NCBI GenBank assembly: GCA_963759175.1
Contig: CAVWXP010000007.1
Coordinates: forward strand, 148,844-212,843
Direction: 5' to 3'
DNA: 64,000 nucleotides
From: an uncultured Acidimicrobiia bacterium
GTDB taxonomy: Bacteria > Actinomycetota > Acidimicrobiia > Spongiisociales > UBA5794
A program made the position numbers and the translations under genes. Each line of letters starts with the position of its first letter. Position 1 is the stretch's first letter. The notes beneath the pieces are model-generated. The model was not told where the DNA came from, made no database searches, and was given only the letters and a program-made list of their open reading frames with translations. Shown here one piece after another: positions 52,659 to 63,794 of this stretch.

Positions 52659-53890
52659 TCAGTCCAGGTGGGGAGCGACGTTGTAGGAGGCCAGCACCGG
52701 GGTCCCTTCGGCGTACACGACCTTCGACATCGACGAGTTGCGCGGAACCGGGAGCCGATTGCGTTCCGGGAATCCGAGCCCGACGACGAGGGTCGCATAG
52801 GCGCGGATCGCCGCCCCGTGCGAAACCAATCCCACCTCGGCATGTCGGTCGCTCGCAACGATCTCGGCGATGGCGGCGACCAGCCGCTCCCCCGCCTCGG
52901 TGAACGACTCGCCGTCACCGCCGCGCCGCAGGTCCTCACCTCGCCCGTACACGGCCTCGAAGAGGTCGGGATGGGCGGCCGCCGCCTCGGCGGACGTCAG
53001 GTTCTCCCAGGTCCCGAAGGACATCTCCACGAGGCCGTCGTGGGCGACGGATGGCACACCGACGGCACCGCCGATGATCTGGGCCGTGTGGGCGGTTCGT
53101 CCCAACGGCGAGGTGTAGAGGGCATCGAACGTGGGTGCGATGCGCGATGCAGCCTCGACCTGGCGGATCCCGTGGTCGGTGAGGGGACTGTCGGACCTCC
53201 CCTGCCAACGACCCTCGACGTTCCCAGACGTCTGGCCGTGCCGGATCAGGGTGATGAGGGTCCCCTCGGGCCCGAACTGCGTCGGGACGCTCTCGAGGTG
53301 GGTGGCGTCGTTGAAGACCGTCAACTGCATGGCCCCGTCGTCGTCGATCCGGACCCTCGAGACCGCCGTGTTGTGGGAGGGGATGAGGGGGGCCGACCCA
53401 GTGGCCGGAGCGAGCACGCGATTGGCGACCGCCCAGATCACGCCACCATGGGTCACCACGGTGGCCTGACCGCCATCGTCGAGTGAGTCCGCGAGGGCGT
53501 CGAACGCGGCGTCGATGCGCGCCCGGAAGTCCGACATCATCTCCCCGCCGCCGATGGCGAAGTCCTCACCGGTGAAGAGCTTGTCCATCTCGCCCGGGAA
53601 TCGCTGGCGCACCTCGTCGCTCGTCAGGCCCTCCCATGCGCCGACGTGGAACTCGCGCCACGCGGGGTCGAGTGCGGCATCACCCAGAGCCGCTGATGTC
53701 GACGCCGTCCTCGGGAGGTCGGATGCCACGAGACGCCCGACGTCTCCGCCCGCGAAACGACGGCCGAGCCTGGCGATCTGGTCGCTACCGGTCGCGGTGA
53801 ACGGGGCATTCGTGGAACCCTGCCAACGCCGCTCGGCATTGGCCGCCGTTTCGGCGTGGCGTATGAACGTGATCGTGCGGGACACCCGGT
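52659..53890 (-). CDS. tandem histidine phosphatase (phosphoglycerate mutase family, two fused domains)
   Basis: Two RHG motifs (ITFIRHAETAAN and LITLIRHGQTSGN). Start probably at the GTG before SRTITF; the upstream part of the track ORF is doubtful. Confidence 0.75.
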
Positions 53891-53921
53891 AACTCCGACG
53901 CGAAACCCGTAGGCTAGGAGC

Positions 53922-54149
53922 GTGTCGTTCACTCCCATGATCGCCCAGGTCGCCGATCTCCCGGAGGCCGGCTCCGGCGGGATCTTCTTCTGGCTCATCG
54001 GAGCCGTCGTCATCGTTGGGCTGTTCCTGGTGATCTCGCGCACCCGGAAGCGGTCGTACGACGCGTACTGGGAGCGCAAGCGCAGGGAAGAGCAACAACG
54101 ACTCGACGATCCTGACATGGCGCGCCCACCCGACGACGAGACCGCCTGA
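53922..54149 (+). CDS. small membrane protein (hypothetical)
   Basis: 75 aa, one TM helix IFFWLIGAVVIVGLFLVI followed by a basic/acidic tail; sits in an otherwise empty gap. Confidence 0.3.
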   Translation: MSFTPMIAQVADLPEAGSGGIFFWLIGAVVIVGLFLVISRTRKRSYDAYWERKRREEQQRLDDPDMARPPDDETA

Positions 54150-54158
54150 TCCGGGTCC

Positions 54159-55613
54159 CTACCGGCGCCACACCTCACGGTTGAACAGGATGAGGATCGG
54201 GAGGATCTCGAGGCGTCCGACGATCATCAGGGCCGAGAGCAGGAACTTGCCCGGCCAGGGCACACCGAGGTAATTGCTCGCCGGCCCGACCTCACCGAGC
54301 CCAGGACCCACGTTGCCGATCGCCGAGGCGACGGCCGACACCGTCGTCACCATGTCGAGGTTCGGTTCGGCGATCGATCCGATGATTGCCATGAGGAACG
54401 TGCCGGTCATGAAGGCGGCCATGTACAGCAGGAAGAACGTCTGGACCGTCTCGACCACCACGTCGGGCACGGTCTCGCGTCCGACCCTGGTGACGAACAC
54501 GCCACGTGGATGGATGATGCGTCTGACGTCCGTTCGCGATGCCTCATAGAGGATGTGGAGGCGGTCGGACTTGATCGCTCCCGATGTCGATCCCGCCATG
54601 CCACCGATGAACATGAGGCCCACGATCATGATCTCGAGGGCGGGTATCCACTGCGCGAAGTCGGAAGTACCGAATCCGGTCGTGGTGACGATCGTCAACG
54701 ATGTGAAGAGTGCGTCCCTGATCGTGTCGGCCACCCCGAGGGTGCCCCATGTGCCGATCGCGATGAGCAGTGCAGCTCCCGCGATGATGGCGAGGTAGAC
54801 GCGCAGTCCCACGGACTTGAAGTAGGCCTTGCGATCGCGCCGCAGGACCTTGTAGTGGAGGGCGAACGACACACCTGCGAGGAGCATGAACACGATGACG
54901 ACCCATTGCGAGTAGGCCGAGTAGGCACCGAGCGACCCGGAGTTGGTGGAGAAGCCGCCGGTCGACAGGGTGGTGAATGAGTGGTTGACCGCCTCGAAGA
55001 ACGTCATGTCACCGACCCAGAGGAACACCACCTGGACGGCGGTCACACCCATGTAGAGGAACCACAGGCGCTTGGCGGTCTCGGAGAAACGCGGCGTCAG
55101 CCTGTCTGGCGTGGGACCGGGTGACTCCGCCCTGGCGAGCTGGACAGCGCCCATGCCGAGCAGTGGCAGGATCGCGATCGACAGCACGATGATCCCCATA
55201 CCACCCACCCATTGGGTGAAGGAACGCCAGAAGACGACACCGTGCGACAGCTGCCCAGGATCGGGGATGATGGATGCACCGGTCGTCGTGAAGCCGGCGG
55301 CTGACTCGAAGAAGGCGTCGGTGAAGTTGCCGATCGATCCCGTCAGGAGGTAGGGCAGCGTGCCGACGATCGCCACGCCGATCCATGCGAGGCCCACGGC
55401 AGCGAAACCCTCGCGGGCCGAGAGTTCACCCGGCCGATCGAACCCGCGCCACAGACCGAATCCGATGAGACCCGTGATGGAAGCCGCCGCCAACAGGCCG
55501 GGGATGTCCGACCACTCCGTGTAGATGATGGCCACGACGATCGGCGCCACCATCGCTGCGCCGACCGCCATGAGCACAGCGCCAATGACATGGAGGAGGT
55601 GCCGCCAGGACAT
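54159..55613 (-). CDS. trkH: Trk/Ktr-family potassium uptake protein, membrane subunit
   Basis: 484 aa polytopic protein; repeated MPM segments with GFxxxGxS-type motifs. Confidence 0.9.
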   Translation of the reverse strand: MSWRHLLHVIGAVLMAVGAAMVAPIVVAIIYTEWSDIPGLLAAASITGLIGFGLWRGFDRPGELSAREGFAAVGLAWIGVAIVGTLPYLLTGSIGNFTDAFFESAAGFTTTGASIIPDPGQLSHGVVFWRSFTQWVGGMGIIVLSIAILPLLGMGAVQLARAESPGPTPDRLTPRFSETAKRLWFLYMGVTAVQVVFLWVGDMTFFEAVNHSFTTLSTGGFSTNSGSLGAYSAYSQWVVIVFMLLAGVSFALHYKVLRRDRKAYFKSVGLRVYLAIIAGAALLIAIGTWGTLGVADTIRDALFTSLTIVTTTGFGTSDFAQWIPALEIMIVGLMFIGGMAGSTSGAIKSDRLHILYEASRTDVRRIIHPRGVFVTRVGRETVPDVVVETVQTFFLLYMAAFMTGTFLMAIIGSIAEPNLDMVTTVSAVASAIGNVGPGLGEVGPASNYLGVPWPGKFLLSALMIVGRLEILPILILFNREVWRR

Positions 55614-55616
55614 CGA

Positions 55617-56951
55617 TCAGCCGGAGAGCTTCTCGGCCGTCGCGATCGCTTCCGGGAGCGCTATCGCGATCAGGTGGTCGCCGACCTCGACGACCGTGTC
55701 CCCGCGGGGTACGAATGCCTCGGCGCCGCGTTGGACACCGCCGATGATCATGGAGTGGGGCAACTTGAGGTCTGCGAGCGACTTCCCGATGGCAGGACTG
55801 GACGGTCCCACCTCGAGCTCGATGGCCTCCGCGTCGGAATCGGAGAACGTCACGACCGAGTAGATCACCCCGCGGCGGACGAACCGGAGGATCTCGTTCG
55901 CCGCCGAAAGGCGTGAGCTCACCGTCGCGTCGATCCCGACTCCAGCGAGAAGCCCGACGAGATCGGTGTTCGAGAATCGGGCGATCACTTCCCTGGCTCC
56001 CAACGACTTCGCGACCATCGCAGCCAGGACGTTCTCGCTGTCCCATCCGGTGAGCGCCATGACGGTGTCGGTGGTCTCGATGCCCTCCGAGCGCAGCAGC
56101 TTCACGTCGGTCGGTTGGCCACACACGGTGACGACACCCGGGAGTTCCTCCGCAATGACTCGGCAGCGGTCCATGTCGGGTTCGATCAGGGTCGTGTGGA
56201 TGTGGTGATCAGCAAGCATGCGGGCGGTGAGCTTGGCGAGGCGGGTGCTGCCGAGGATCATCACCTTCTCGGCTGGCGCGCTCGACAGGCCGAGCCAGGT
56301 GTAGGCGTCGTCGGTGCTCTCGGCCCTAGCCATCATCAGCACGTGGTCGTGGGGCTCGAGAGTCGTGGAGCCGCGTGCGATGATGGTCTCGCCGTGCCTG
56401 ATGACGGCGACGACGAGCCAGTCCCACCCCTCGATCGTTTCCCTGAGGTCAGCGAGCGTCTTACCCACGAAGTCGGCACGGCTGTCCACGTACGCCCCGA
56501 GCAGGACGAGCGCACCATCGGCGAACTCGATCCGCTCCGCGATGTCGCCGCTCGATGCCAACAGGAACAGCTCACGGGCTGCGGCCTCACCGGGGTCGAT
56601 GACGAGGTCCACACCAAGTGCCTCGACCTCGGCCTTGAGCTGGGGGTCCTCGACGCGGGCGACCTTGCGTTCGATGCCGAGCTGGGTACCCGCGGCGCAT
56701 GCGAGCACGTTCACCGCGTCCGATGAGCTGACGGCGATCAGCAGATCGGCGTCGGCGAGGCCCGCCTTCTTCAGCGTCTTGGCCGAGGCGCCGTTCCCGT
56801 TGATGACGAGGCAATCGATCTCCGATTGGGCGATCGCCGCCCGCTCGGGGTCGGATTCGATGACGACGACATCCTGACCTTCGACGGCGAGCTTCTCGGC
56901 GAGATAGGAGCCAACGGCACCCGCGCCCACGATCACTATGCGCATAGGCAC
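55617..56951 (-). CDS. trkA: Trk system potassium uptake protein TrkA (two RCK/NAD-binding domains)
   Basis: MRIVIVGAGAVGSYLA and a second GxGxxG further along; 4-nt gap to trkH. Confidence 0.9.
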   Translation of the reverse strand: MPMRIVIVGAGAVGSYLAEKLAVEGQDVVVIESDPERAAIAQSEIDCLVINGNGASAKTLKKAGLADADLLIAVSSSDAVNVLACAAGTQLGIERKVARVEDPQLKAEVEALGVDLVIDPGEAAARELFLLASSGDIAERIEFADGALVLLGAYVDSRADFVGKTLADLRETIEGWDWLVVAVIRHGETIIARGSTTLEPHDHVLMMARAESTDDAYTWLGLSSAPAEKVMILGSTRLAKLTARMLADHHIHTTLIEPDMDRCRVIAEELPGVVTVCGQPTDVKLLRSEGIETTDTVMALTGWDSENVLAAMVAKSLGAREVIARFSNTDLVGLLAGVGIDATVSSRLSAANEILRFVRRGVIYSVVTFSDSDAEAIELEVGPSSPAIGKSLADLKLPHSMIIGGVQRGAEAFVPRGDTVVEVGDHLIAIALPEAIATAEKLSG

Positions 56952-56998
56952 CCGAGGTTAGGGCATCGCTCCACGCGTGCCTGCTCTCCCTCAGCGTC

Positions 56999-59080
56999 CT
57001 AGAGCAATCCGCCGGCGCTGACGAACGCCGTAGCGAAGATCAGCGACACGATGGTCATCACCTTGATGACGATGTTCATCGACGGGCCGGCCGTGTCCTT
57101 GAACGGATCACCGATCGTGTCACCCACGACGGCTGCCTTGTGGGCATCGGAGCCCTTGCCACCGAACGCGCCCGCCTCGATGAACTTCTTGGCGTTGTCC
57201 CATGCACCGCCGGCGTTGGCCATGTAGATGGCGAGCAGGAATCCGGAGATGAGGGCACCTGCGAGCAATCCGCCGAGCATCTCGACGGAGATGAACCCGA
57301 CGACCAGTGGCAGGGCCACGGCCGCCGCACCGGGGATGATCATCTCGCGGAGGGATGCCTTCGTCGAGATGTCGACGCACTTGGCGTACTCGGGACGCAC
57401 ACCGGGCTCGCCCTCACGCAGGCCGGGGATCTCGCGGAACTGGCGCCGGACCTCCTCGATCATCTGGAAGGCCGCCCGTCCGACGGCCTGGATCGTCATC
57501 GCAGCGAACAGGTAGGGAAACATGCCCCCGAGGAACAGACCGACGGCGACCTTGATGTCGAGCAGGTCGAGGGCGCTGATCTCGGCAGCCTCGGCGAACG
57601 AGAAGAACAGGGCGAGTGCCGTCACGGCGGCGGATGCGATCGCAAACCCCTTGGCGACGGCTGCGGTGGTGTTCCCGAGCGAGTCGAGCTGGTCGGTCGC
57701 CTCCCTGACCTCGGGCGGCAGGTCCGCCATCTCGGCGATTCCGCCTGCGTTGTCGGCGATCGGGCCGTAGGCGTCGACCGATACGGTGATACCGAGGGTT
57801 GCGAGCACGCCGATGGCGGCGATCGCCACGCCGTAGATGCCGCCACCCTCGATGGACTGTTCGGCGGCCCAGAAGGCAGCACCCATGCCGAGGGCGACCA
57901 CGATCACCGAGTAGGCAGCCGAACGCTTGCCCTCGGCGATACCTGCGAGGACGACGGTGGCGGGACCGGTCTCGGACTGGCGGGCGATCTCCTTGACGGT
58001 CTTGAAGTGGTCCGAGGTGTACCACTCGGAGATCTTGCCGATGAGGAGGCCGATCCCGAGTCCGATGATGACGGATCCGAACAGTCCCCAACCGCCGTTC
58101 TCGATGCCTTCGACGTCTGAGAACATGATGGGCGTGAGCACGGCGACACCGATGACGGTGAGCGCTGCGGCGGACCACGTTCCGATGTGGAGCGCCCTGG
58201 CGAGGTGGTCACCCTGGGGACGCACGAGGAACGATGCAATGATCGAAGCACCCATGCCGATCGAGGCGATCATCAACGGATAGAAGATCGTCTCGGCCAC
58301 GAACGGCTGGGACGCGAACACGATGGCGGCGAAGGCGATGGGGGCGATCATCGACCCGACGTACGACTCGAAGAGATCGGCACCCATGCCGGCGACGTCG
58401 CCGACGTTGTCACCGACGTTGTCGGCGATCGTGGCCGGGTTGCGCGGATCGTCCTCAGGGATGCCGGCCTCCACCTTGCCGACGAGGTCGGCGCCGACGT
58501 CGGCAGCCTTCGTGTAGATGCCCCCGCCGACACGGGCGAAGAGGGCGATCGACGATGCTCCGAGGCCGATCGCCGTGACGATCTGGACCCACTCATCGAG
58601 CTCCATGCCCATGACCTCGCTGAAGAACCAGACCCCGAGGCTGAACCCGAGCAGACCGAGACCCGCGACGGTGAAGCCCATGACCGCACCGCCACGGAAG
58701 GCGACGGGAAGGGCCTTGGCCGTCCCGCCGAGGCGTGCCGCCTCGGTCGTGCGGGCGTTGGCAGCCGTGGCGATCCGCATCCCGATGAACCCGGCGAGAC
58801 CCGAGAGGATCGCACCGAACACGTAGGCGACGGCGCCCCACGGACGTCCCCAATCGAGGAAGATCATGATGAGCGAAGCCATCACCGCCACGAAGGCGGC
58901 GATCGCCAGGTACTCGCGGCGCATGAATGCCATCGAGCCTTCCCGGATCGCGCCCATGAGTTCGACCATCCGGTCGTTCCCAGGCGATTCGGCGACGACC
59001 AACCGGCCGTACACGAGGGCGAGGATGAGCGCACCAAGGCCCATCACCATGGCCGCATAGAGCCACACATCGGGGTTCAC
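56999..59080 (-). CDS. hppA: membrane-bound proton-translocating pyrophosphatase
   Basis: GGIYTKAADVGADLVGKVE, DNVGDNVGD and the other V-PPase motifs. The start is taken as the GTG 8 nt downstream of an AGGAG; the upstream part of the track ORF is Arg-rich and spurious. Confidence 0.9.
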   Translation of the reverse strand: MNPDVWLYAAMVMGLGALILALVYGRLVVAESPGNDRMVELMGAIREGSMAFMRREYLAIAAFVAVMASLIMIFLDWGRPWGAVAYVFGAILSGLAGFIGMRIATAANARTTEAARLGGTAKALPVAFRGGAVMGFTVAGLGLLGFSLGVWFFSEVMGMELDEWVQIVTAIGLGASSIALFARVGGGIYTKAADVGADLVGKVEAGIPEDDPRNPATIADNVGDNVGDVAGMGADLFESYVGSMIAPIAFAAIVFASQPFVAETIFYPLMIASIGMGASIIASFLVRPQGDHLARALHIGTWSAAALTVIGVAVLTPIMFSDVEGIENGGWGLFGSVIIGLGIGLLIGKISEWYTSDHFKTVKEIARQSETGPATVVLAGIAEGKRSAAYSVIVVALGMGAAFWAAEQSIEGGGIYGVAIAAIGVLATLGITVSVDAYGPIADNAGGIAEMADLPPEVREATDQLDSLGNTTAAVAKGFAIASAAVTALALFFSFAEAAEISALDLLDIKVAVGLFLGGMFPYLFAAMTIQAVGRAAFQMIEEVRRQFREIPGLREGEPGVRPEYAKCVDISTKASLREMIIPGAAAVALPLVVGFISVEMLGGLLAGALISGFLLAIYMANAGGAWDNAKKFIEAGAFGGKGSDAHKAAVVGDTIGDPFKDTAGPSMNIVIKVMTIVSLIFATAFVSAGGLL

Positions 59081-59257
59081 AGAAATCACTCCTGCAGGTT
59101 CGGGAAGGGGTCGGAAACCGGCGCCAGTATACGTCCGTCGGGGTCCCGATGCCCATCCGGGTCGCTGCAGACGTCGCCGTCGACGACACCGCTCACCATG
59201 CCGCCCGCGCCCAACAATGGCACCCCGCCGACGGGCCGCCGGGTAGCCTCGCCCACG

Positions 59258-60529
59258 ATGGTTGGCCAGCCCTCCCACATCGTCCGTCGGTGCGCCGGCG
59301 CGCTCGGCGTCCTCGCGCTCGTCGCCACGTCGTGCACCAACGCCGCATCGAGCGAGACGACCACCACGTCGAGCCTGCCGACGACGACCGTGGCCTCGAC
59401 AACCACGAACGCATCGACGACGACGTCGCCCCCATCGACGACCGAGGCTCCCATCATCCCGATCACCGTCGCCGGTGACCTCCCCGATGGCCTGGCGGGA
59501 ACCCTCGGCGCAGCGCTCACCACGCTGCGTGACGCCCGAGCGGCCGGCCCGGTGCTCGACACCGTCGTAGAGCACCACGGCGGATCGGTACCGCTCGACG
59601 ACACCTACCTGGCCGACGTCACCACCGCCGAGCTCGCCGACGGTTCACGCGTCGGCGCAGCTGTCCTCGACTCGGGTGACACCGTGCTCCTCGCCGACGA
59701 GGGCGAAGGATGGACCGTCGTCGGCACGCACCTCGTGTCGGTGGGCTCCGCGCCCTCGTTCGGGACTTCGCCGCGACGCGTCCTGGTGCTCGGTTCGGAC
59801 GCTCGCCCCGGCCAGAACCCCCTCGTGTTCCGCATGGACTCCATCCACATCCTCACGGCCGCTCCCTCCGAGGCTTCCGGTTCGATCCTCGGATACCCAC
59901 GCGACGCATGGATCGAGTCTCCCTATGGCCCGATGCGGATCAATGCCCTCACGTCATCGGGGCGAGGACCCGATGCGATCTTCGAGCACTTCACCGAGAC
60001 GTGGGAGCTCCCGCTCGAGGGATACATCGTCACGGGTTTCGCTGGATTCGAGGACCTCGTCGCCGCAACGCTCGGGCGGATCACCCTCACGATCCCGATC
60101 CCCATCCCGACCCAGGAGTGGTTCGCCGGATTCAGCTCGGGTGAACAAACCCTCACACCGACGAGGACCCTGGACTTCGCCCGCACCCGAAAGCTGATAC
60201 CCGGAGGCGACTTCACGCGGTCGTTCCATCAGGGGATCGTGATGCTCGCCGCCCTGACGATGATCCAGAGGGGAACGGTGCTCGACCTGCCGATGCTCCT
60301 CGCGGAGCTCTCGGAACACACGGCGACGAACCTGACCGCCACCGACCTCATCCAGCTTGGTGCAGCGGCCATGGAGCTCGACATCGGATCGATCGCCAAC
60401 GAGGTACTCCCCGGATCGCTCGGGCGAACCTCCGGTGGCGCATCGGTCGTGTTCCTCACCGACGGCTACGAGGTGATCGTCGAGGACGTGCTCGACGACG
60501 GCTTGCGTAATGAGAGTGCTCAGCCCTGA
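59258..60529 (+). CDS. LytR-CpsA-Psr (LCP) family cell-envelope phosphotransferase, lipoprotein-anchored
   Basis: ATG plus lipobox LVATSC; poly-Thr linker; LCP core [14 protein letters not shown]...DSIHIL. Confidence 0.85.
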   Translation: MVGQPSHIVRRCAGALGVLALVATSCTNAASSETTTTSSLPTTTVASTTTNASTTTSPPSTTEAPIIPITVAGDLPDGLAGTLGAALTTLRDARAAGPVLDTVVEHHGGSVPLDDTYLADVTTAELADGSRVGAAVLDSGDTVLLADEGEGWTVVGTHLVSVGSAPSFGTSPRRVLVLGSDARPGQNPLVFRMDSIHILTAAPSEASGSILGYPRDAWIESPYGPMRINALTSSGRGPDAIFEHFTETWELPLEGYIVTGFAGFEDLVAATLGRITLTIPIPIPTQEWFAGFSSGEQTLTPTRTLDFARTRKLIPGGDFTRSFHQGIVMLAALTMIQRGTVLDLPMLLAELSEHTATNLTATDLIQLGAAAMELDIGSIANEVLPGSLGRTSGGASVVFLTDGYEVIVEDVLDDGLRNESAQP

Positions 60530-62483
60530 CCGGTCGCCCCCAGTGCCTCGGCATGGACCAGTGTCACCGGTCGGGTGATCCCCGGTGGGTCGAACCCGAA
60601 CACCTGCCCGTAGAACGACAACTCCGCGTCGAGGACCGCCACGATCGTCTCGGCGCGCCGGAAGCCGTGCTGTTCGCCCTCGAAGGACACATAGGCGTGC
60701 GGGAATGCCACGGCGATCGAGGGCGGCGACGATCTCCTCGGACTGCGAGGGGGGCACCACGGCGTCCTCGAGCCCCTGGAACGTGATGAGCGGGCACGAG
60801 AAGCCGTCCACGTGGTGGATCGGTGATCGCTCAGCCATGAGCGCGGCCGATGCCGGCATCGGGCCGATGAGGAAGTCGTCATACCGACTCTCGAACTTGT
60901 GGGTATCTGCCATCAACGCGGCGATGTCCGAGACCCCGTAGTGGTTGGCGCCCGCGGCGAAGGTGTCGGTGAATGCGAGCGCAGCGAGGGTGGTGTATCC
61001 CCCGGCGCTGCCGCCCCGGATGGCCATCCGGTTGCGGTCGACGAGGCCCTGGGCCGCGAGGTGGTCGGCCGCCGCGCAGCAGTCCTCGACGTCGACGATC
61101 CCCCACCGGCCCTCGAGGAGGTACCGGTAGTCACGTCCGAAGCCGGTCGAACCCCCGTAGTCCACATCGGCGACGGCGAACCCACGGGACGTCCAGTACT
61201 GGACGGCGAGGTTGAATCCCGGCCGTGCCGCGGACGTCGGCCCACCGTGGCTCATGACGATGAGGGGCGGGAGTTCCCCTTCTGGTGCGTTGGCTACCGG
61301 GTTCGTCGGGACGTAGAAGTATGCGTGCGCCTCAGCGTCCGTCCCGCGAGGGGAACGTGATCGAACGTGGCCGGCTGATGATCGCCGAGTCGAGGCCGAG
61401 GTCCCGCGCACGACGCAGGACCGCCGCGGTCCCCTGGGCCAGATCGACCGATACCACTTCGGGCTCGGTGTGACCCGAGGTCGCCACGGCGACGACGGTG
61501 CCGTCCCCGACGCGGACCGACGCCAGCCCGGATCGGTCGAGCGTCCACGTCCGTACCGAACCATCAGGGTCGATGCATGTGATGGCTGCAGACCCATCGA
61601 CGGTGGAGCAGATCACGAGCTCACCGCGCGGTGTGACGCCGTAGTCTGCGAGGTCGAAGACCCACGCTGGACCACCGACCTCACGATCCATCGGGGCGAC
61701 GGGAACCAGGTCGTCGACGCCGTCGACGCGATACACATTCCACCAGTTGGATCGATCCGAGATCACGAAGAGCTCGTCGCCGCGCCACACCGGCTGCATC
61801 AGCGATTCAGCGCTACCGGCCAGCCTCGCGCCACCCGCAACGGATGGCTCCGGACCGTCGGTATCGAGGTCGGCCACCCACAGCTCCGTGTCGTTCCACG
61901 GCAGGTTCGGGTGATCCCATGCGATCCAGGCCAGGCGAGCGCCGTCGGGGCTCGGACGAGGTGACGCCACGAAGTCCCTTCCGTCGACGATCACGGTCGG
62001 GGACACCGAGCCTTCGGCGTGCACGGCGACGATCTCGTTGGCGGCCTCGCCTCCGCCGGTGTGGTCCTCGCGCACGCAGACGATCCAATCCGATCCCGGG
62101 ACGCGACGGCCATCGGCGTAGCGCCAGCCGTTGGCGATCGGGGGTTCGGGGGTGATCGGACGAGGCCCCTCTCCGGGATCGACGCGATAGAGGCGTTGAT
62201 CGGACCAGTTGGCGAAGAACAGCACACCGTCGTCCACCCACCAGGCCCCGCCGCCGTACTCGTGGACACGTGTGCGGGCGTTGAATCCATCGGGCAGGAT
62301 GTCGACGGGTCCGTCCGGGTCGTTGCGGACGATCTGGATCCGACCGCCCTCTGACGGTCGCGCCTCGGACCACCACACGACCCCACCGTCGAGCCAGGTC
62401 GCGGTCGGCGTCGCCGCATCGGCGACGATGGACTCCGGGGTGATGGGTGAGGGCCAGGTACCGAACGGGAGTGTCTTGGTCAT
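60520..62483 (-). pseudogene. S9-family serine peptidase (beta-propeller plus alpha/beta hydrolase) with two frameshifts
   Basis: The propeller sits in one frame (ending ...[10 protein letters not shown]). The catalytic domain with GGSAGG sits in a second. The C-terminal His region [16 protein letters not shown] sits in a third. There are 1-nt insertions at about 61330 and about 60750 (attCCCgcac versus the expected attccgcac). Confidence 0.65.
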
Positions 62484-62555
62484 GGCCCCAATCTAGGAAC
62501 CACGACCGGCGAACACCGTGACGGGGAGCCGGCCATTCGTCCCTATCGTGGACCC

Positions 62556-63794
62556 ATGGCGGACGATCGACCAGCGCACAGCGTCTCGGATCGTGCACGG
62601 CGCATCGTGGGCGACTCGAAGGTCGCTCCGTACGTCATCGAGCACATCGCACGGATGGCGCACCCAACTCCCGAAGCTCGGTACCTGTCGTTGGCCGTCG
62701 CCGAGAACCATCTCATGTGGGATCTCATCGATGAGCATGCGAACGCCCGCCGCGGCGTCGGGCCCGGCGCCTTCTCGTACGCCGATATGCGCGGAGCGCC
62801 CCCCTTCCGCGAGGCCATTGCCACCATGCTGGGGGACCATCTCTTCGGTGTCCCTGTGGATCCCGCAGCGCTCGTGATGATGTCAGGCGCCGGCACGGTG
62901 ATCGAGTCGCTCGTGTGGTCCCTCGTCGATCCCGGAGGCGCCGTCGTGGTGCCGACACCGTCATACATGGGCTACTGGAACGACATCGAGGCGCGGGCGG
63001 GCGTACGGGCGATCCCCGCCCACACACGGCCAGAGGACGACTTCCGGATCACGCCTGCACTCCTTTCGGACGCCGAAGCGGCAACCGACGGTGGTATCGA
63101 TGCGCTCCTCCTGACCAACCCGTCGAATCCGCTCGGACGAACGCTGACGCGAGCCGAGCTCGTCGGTGCGATCGAGTGGGCCCGTGAGCGCTCGATCCCC
63201 GTCATCATGAACGAGATCTATGGGCTCTCCATACACGAGGGCCACACGTTCACGTCGGCGGCGACCGTCCTCGGCGGGTTCCCGGACGATGTTCACTTCG
63301 TGTGGGCGCTCTCGAAGGATTTCGCGGCGAGCGGATTGCGATGCGGCATCGCCGTCACGACGAACGAACCCGTCCACGCCGCCATGATGGAACTCCTGTA
63401 CTTCGGGGCCGTATCCGGCGACACCCAACACCTCGTCACCACGATGGTCTCCGATACCCCGTGGCTCGAGCGGTACCTGGCGACGCTGCGGCTACGCCTC
63501 ACGGCGTCGGATCACGCGGCGCGTGCGGTGCTCCACGATCATGCGATCGCGACGATCCCCGGGGATGCCGGCATCTTCCTCCTGGCCGACTTCCGTCCGT
63601 TCCTCACCGATCCGACATGGGAAGCCGAGTCCGACCTGTGGCGCACGATCCTCGACCGGGCCGACGTCAACCTGACGCCCGGGTCGGCCTGTCGGGTGAG
63701 CGAGCCGGGCTTCATGCGGATCTGCCACGCATCGGCGCCGACGGATGTCGTCGAAGAGGGGCTTGCGCGGGCCGTCGCGGCGATCAGCGCCTGA
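62556..63794 (+). CDS. PLP-dependent aminotransferase, class I/II (ACC-synthase-like)
   Basis: SKDFAASGLRCG PLP-lysine motif and a typical C-terminal region; 412 aa. Confidence 0.85.
   Translation: MADDRPAHSVSDRARRIVGDSKVAPYVIEHIARMAHPTPEARYLSLAVAENHLMWDLIDEHANARRGVGPGAFSYADMRGAPPFREAIATMLGDHLFGVPVDPAALVMMSGAGTVIESLVWSLVDPGGAVVVPTPSYMGYWNDIEARAGVRAIPAHTRPEDDFRITPALLSDAEAATDGGIDALLLTNPSNPLGRTLTRAELVGAIEWARERSIPVIMNEIYGLSIHEGHTFTSAATVLGGFPDDVHFVWALSKDFAASGLRCGIAVTTNEPVHAAMMELLYFGAVSGDTQHLVTTMVSDTPWLERYLATLRLRLTASDHAARAVLHDHAIATIPGDAGIFLLADFRPFLTDPTWEAESDLWRTILDRADVNLTPGSACRVSEPGFMRICHASAPTDVVEEGLARAVAAISA

Noticed and set aside
12084-62483. Sequencing or assembly error as the sole explanation for all the frameshifts.
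   Set aside because: The lesions are absent from about 25 kb of core genes and several are not homopolymer events. There are also nonsense substitutions at conserved Tyr codons. Repeat-containing genes (adhesin, SLH) still deserve read-level confirmation, so this caveat is kept in the findings.
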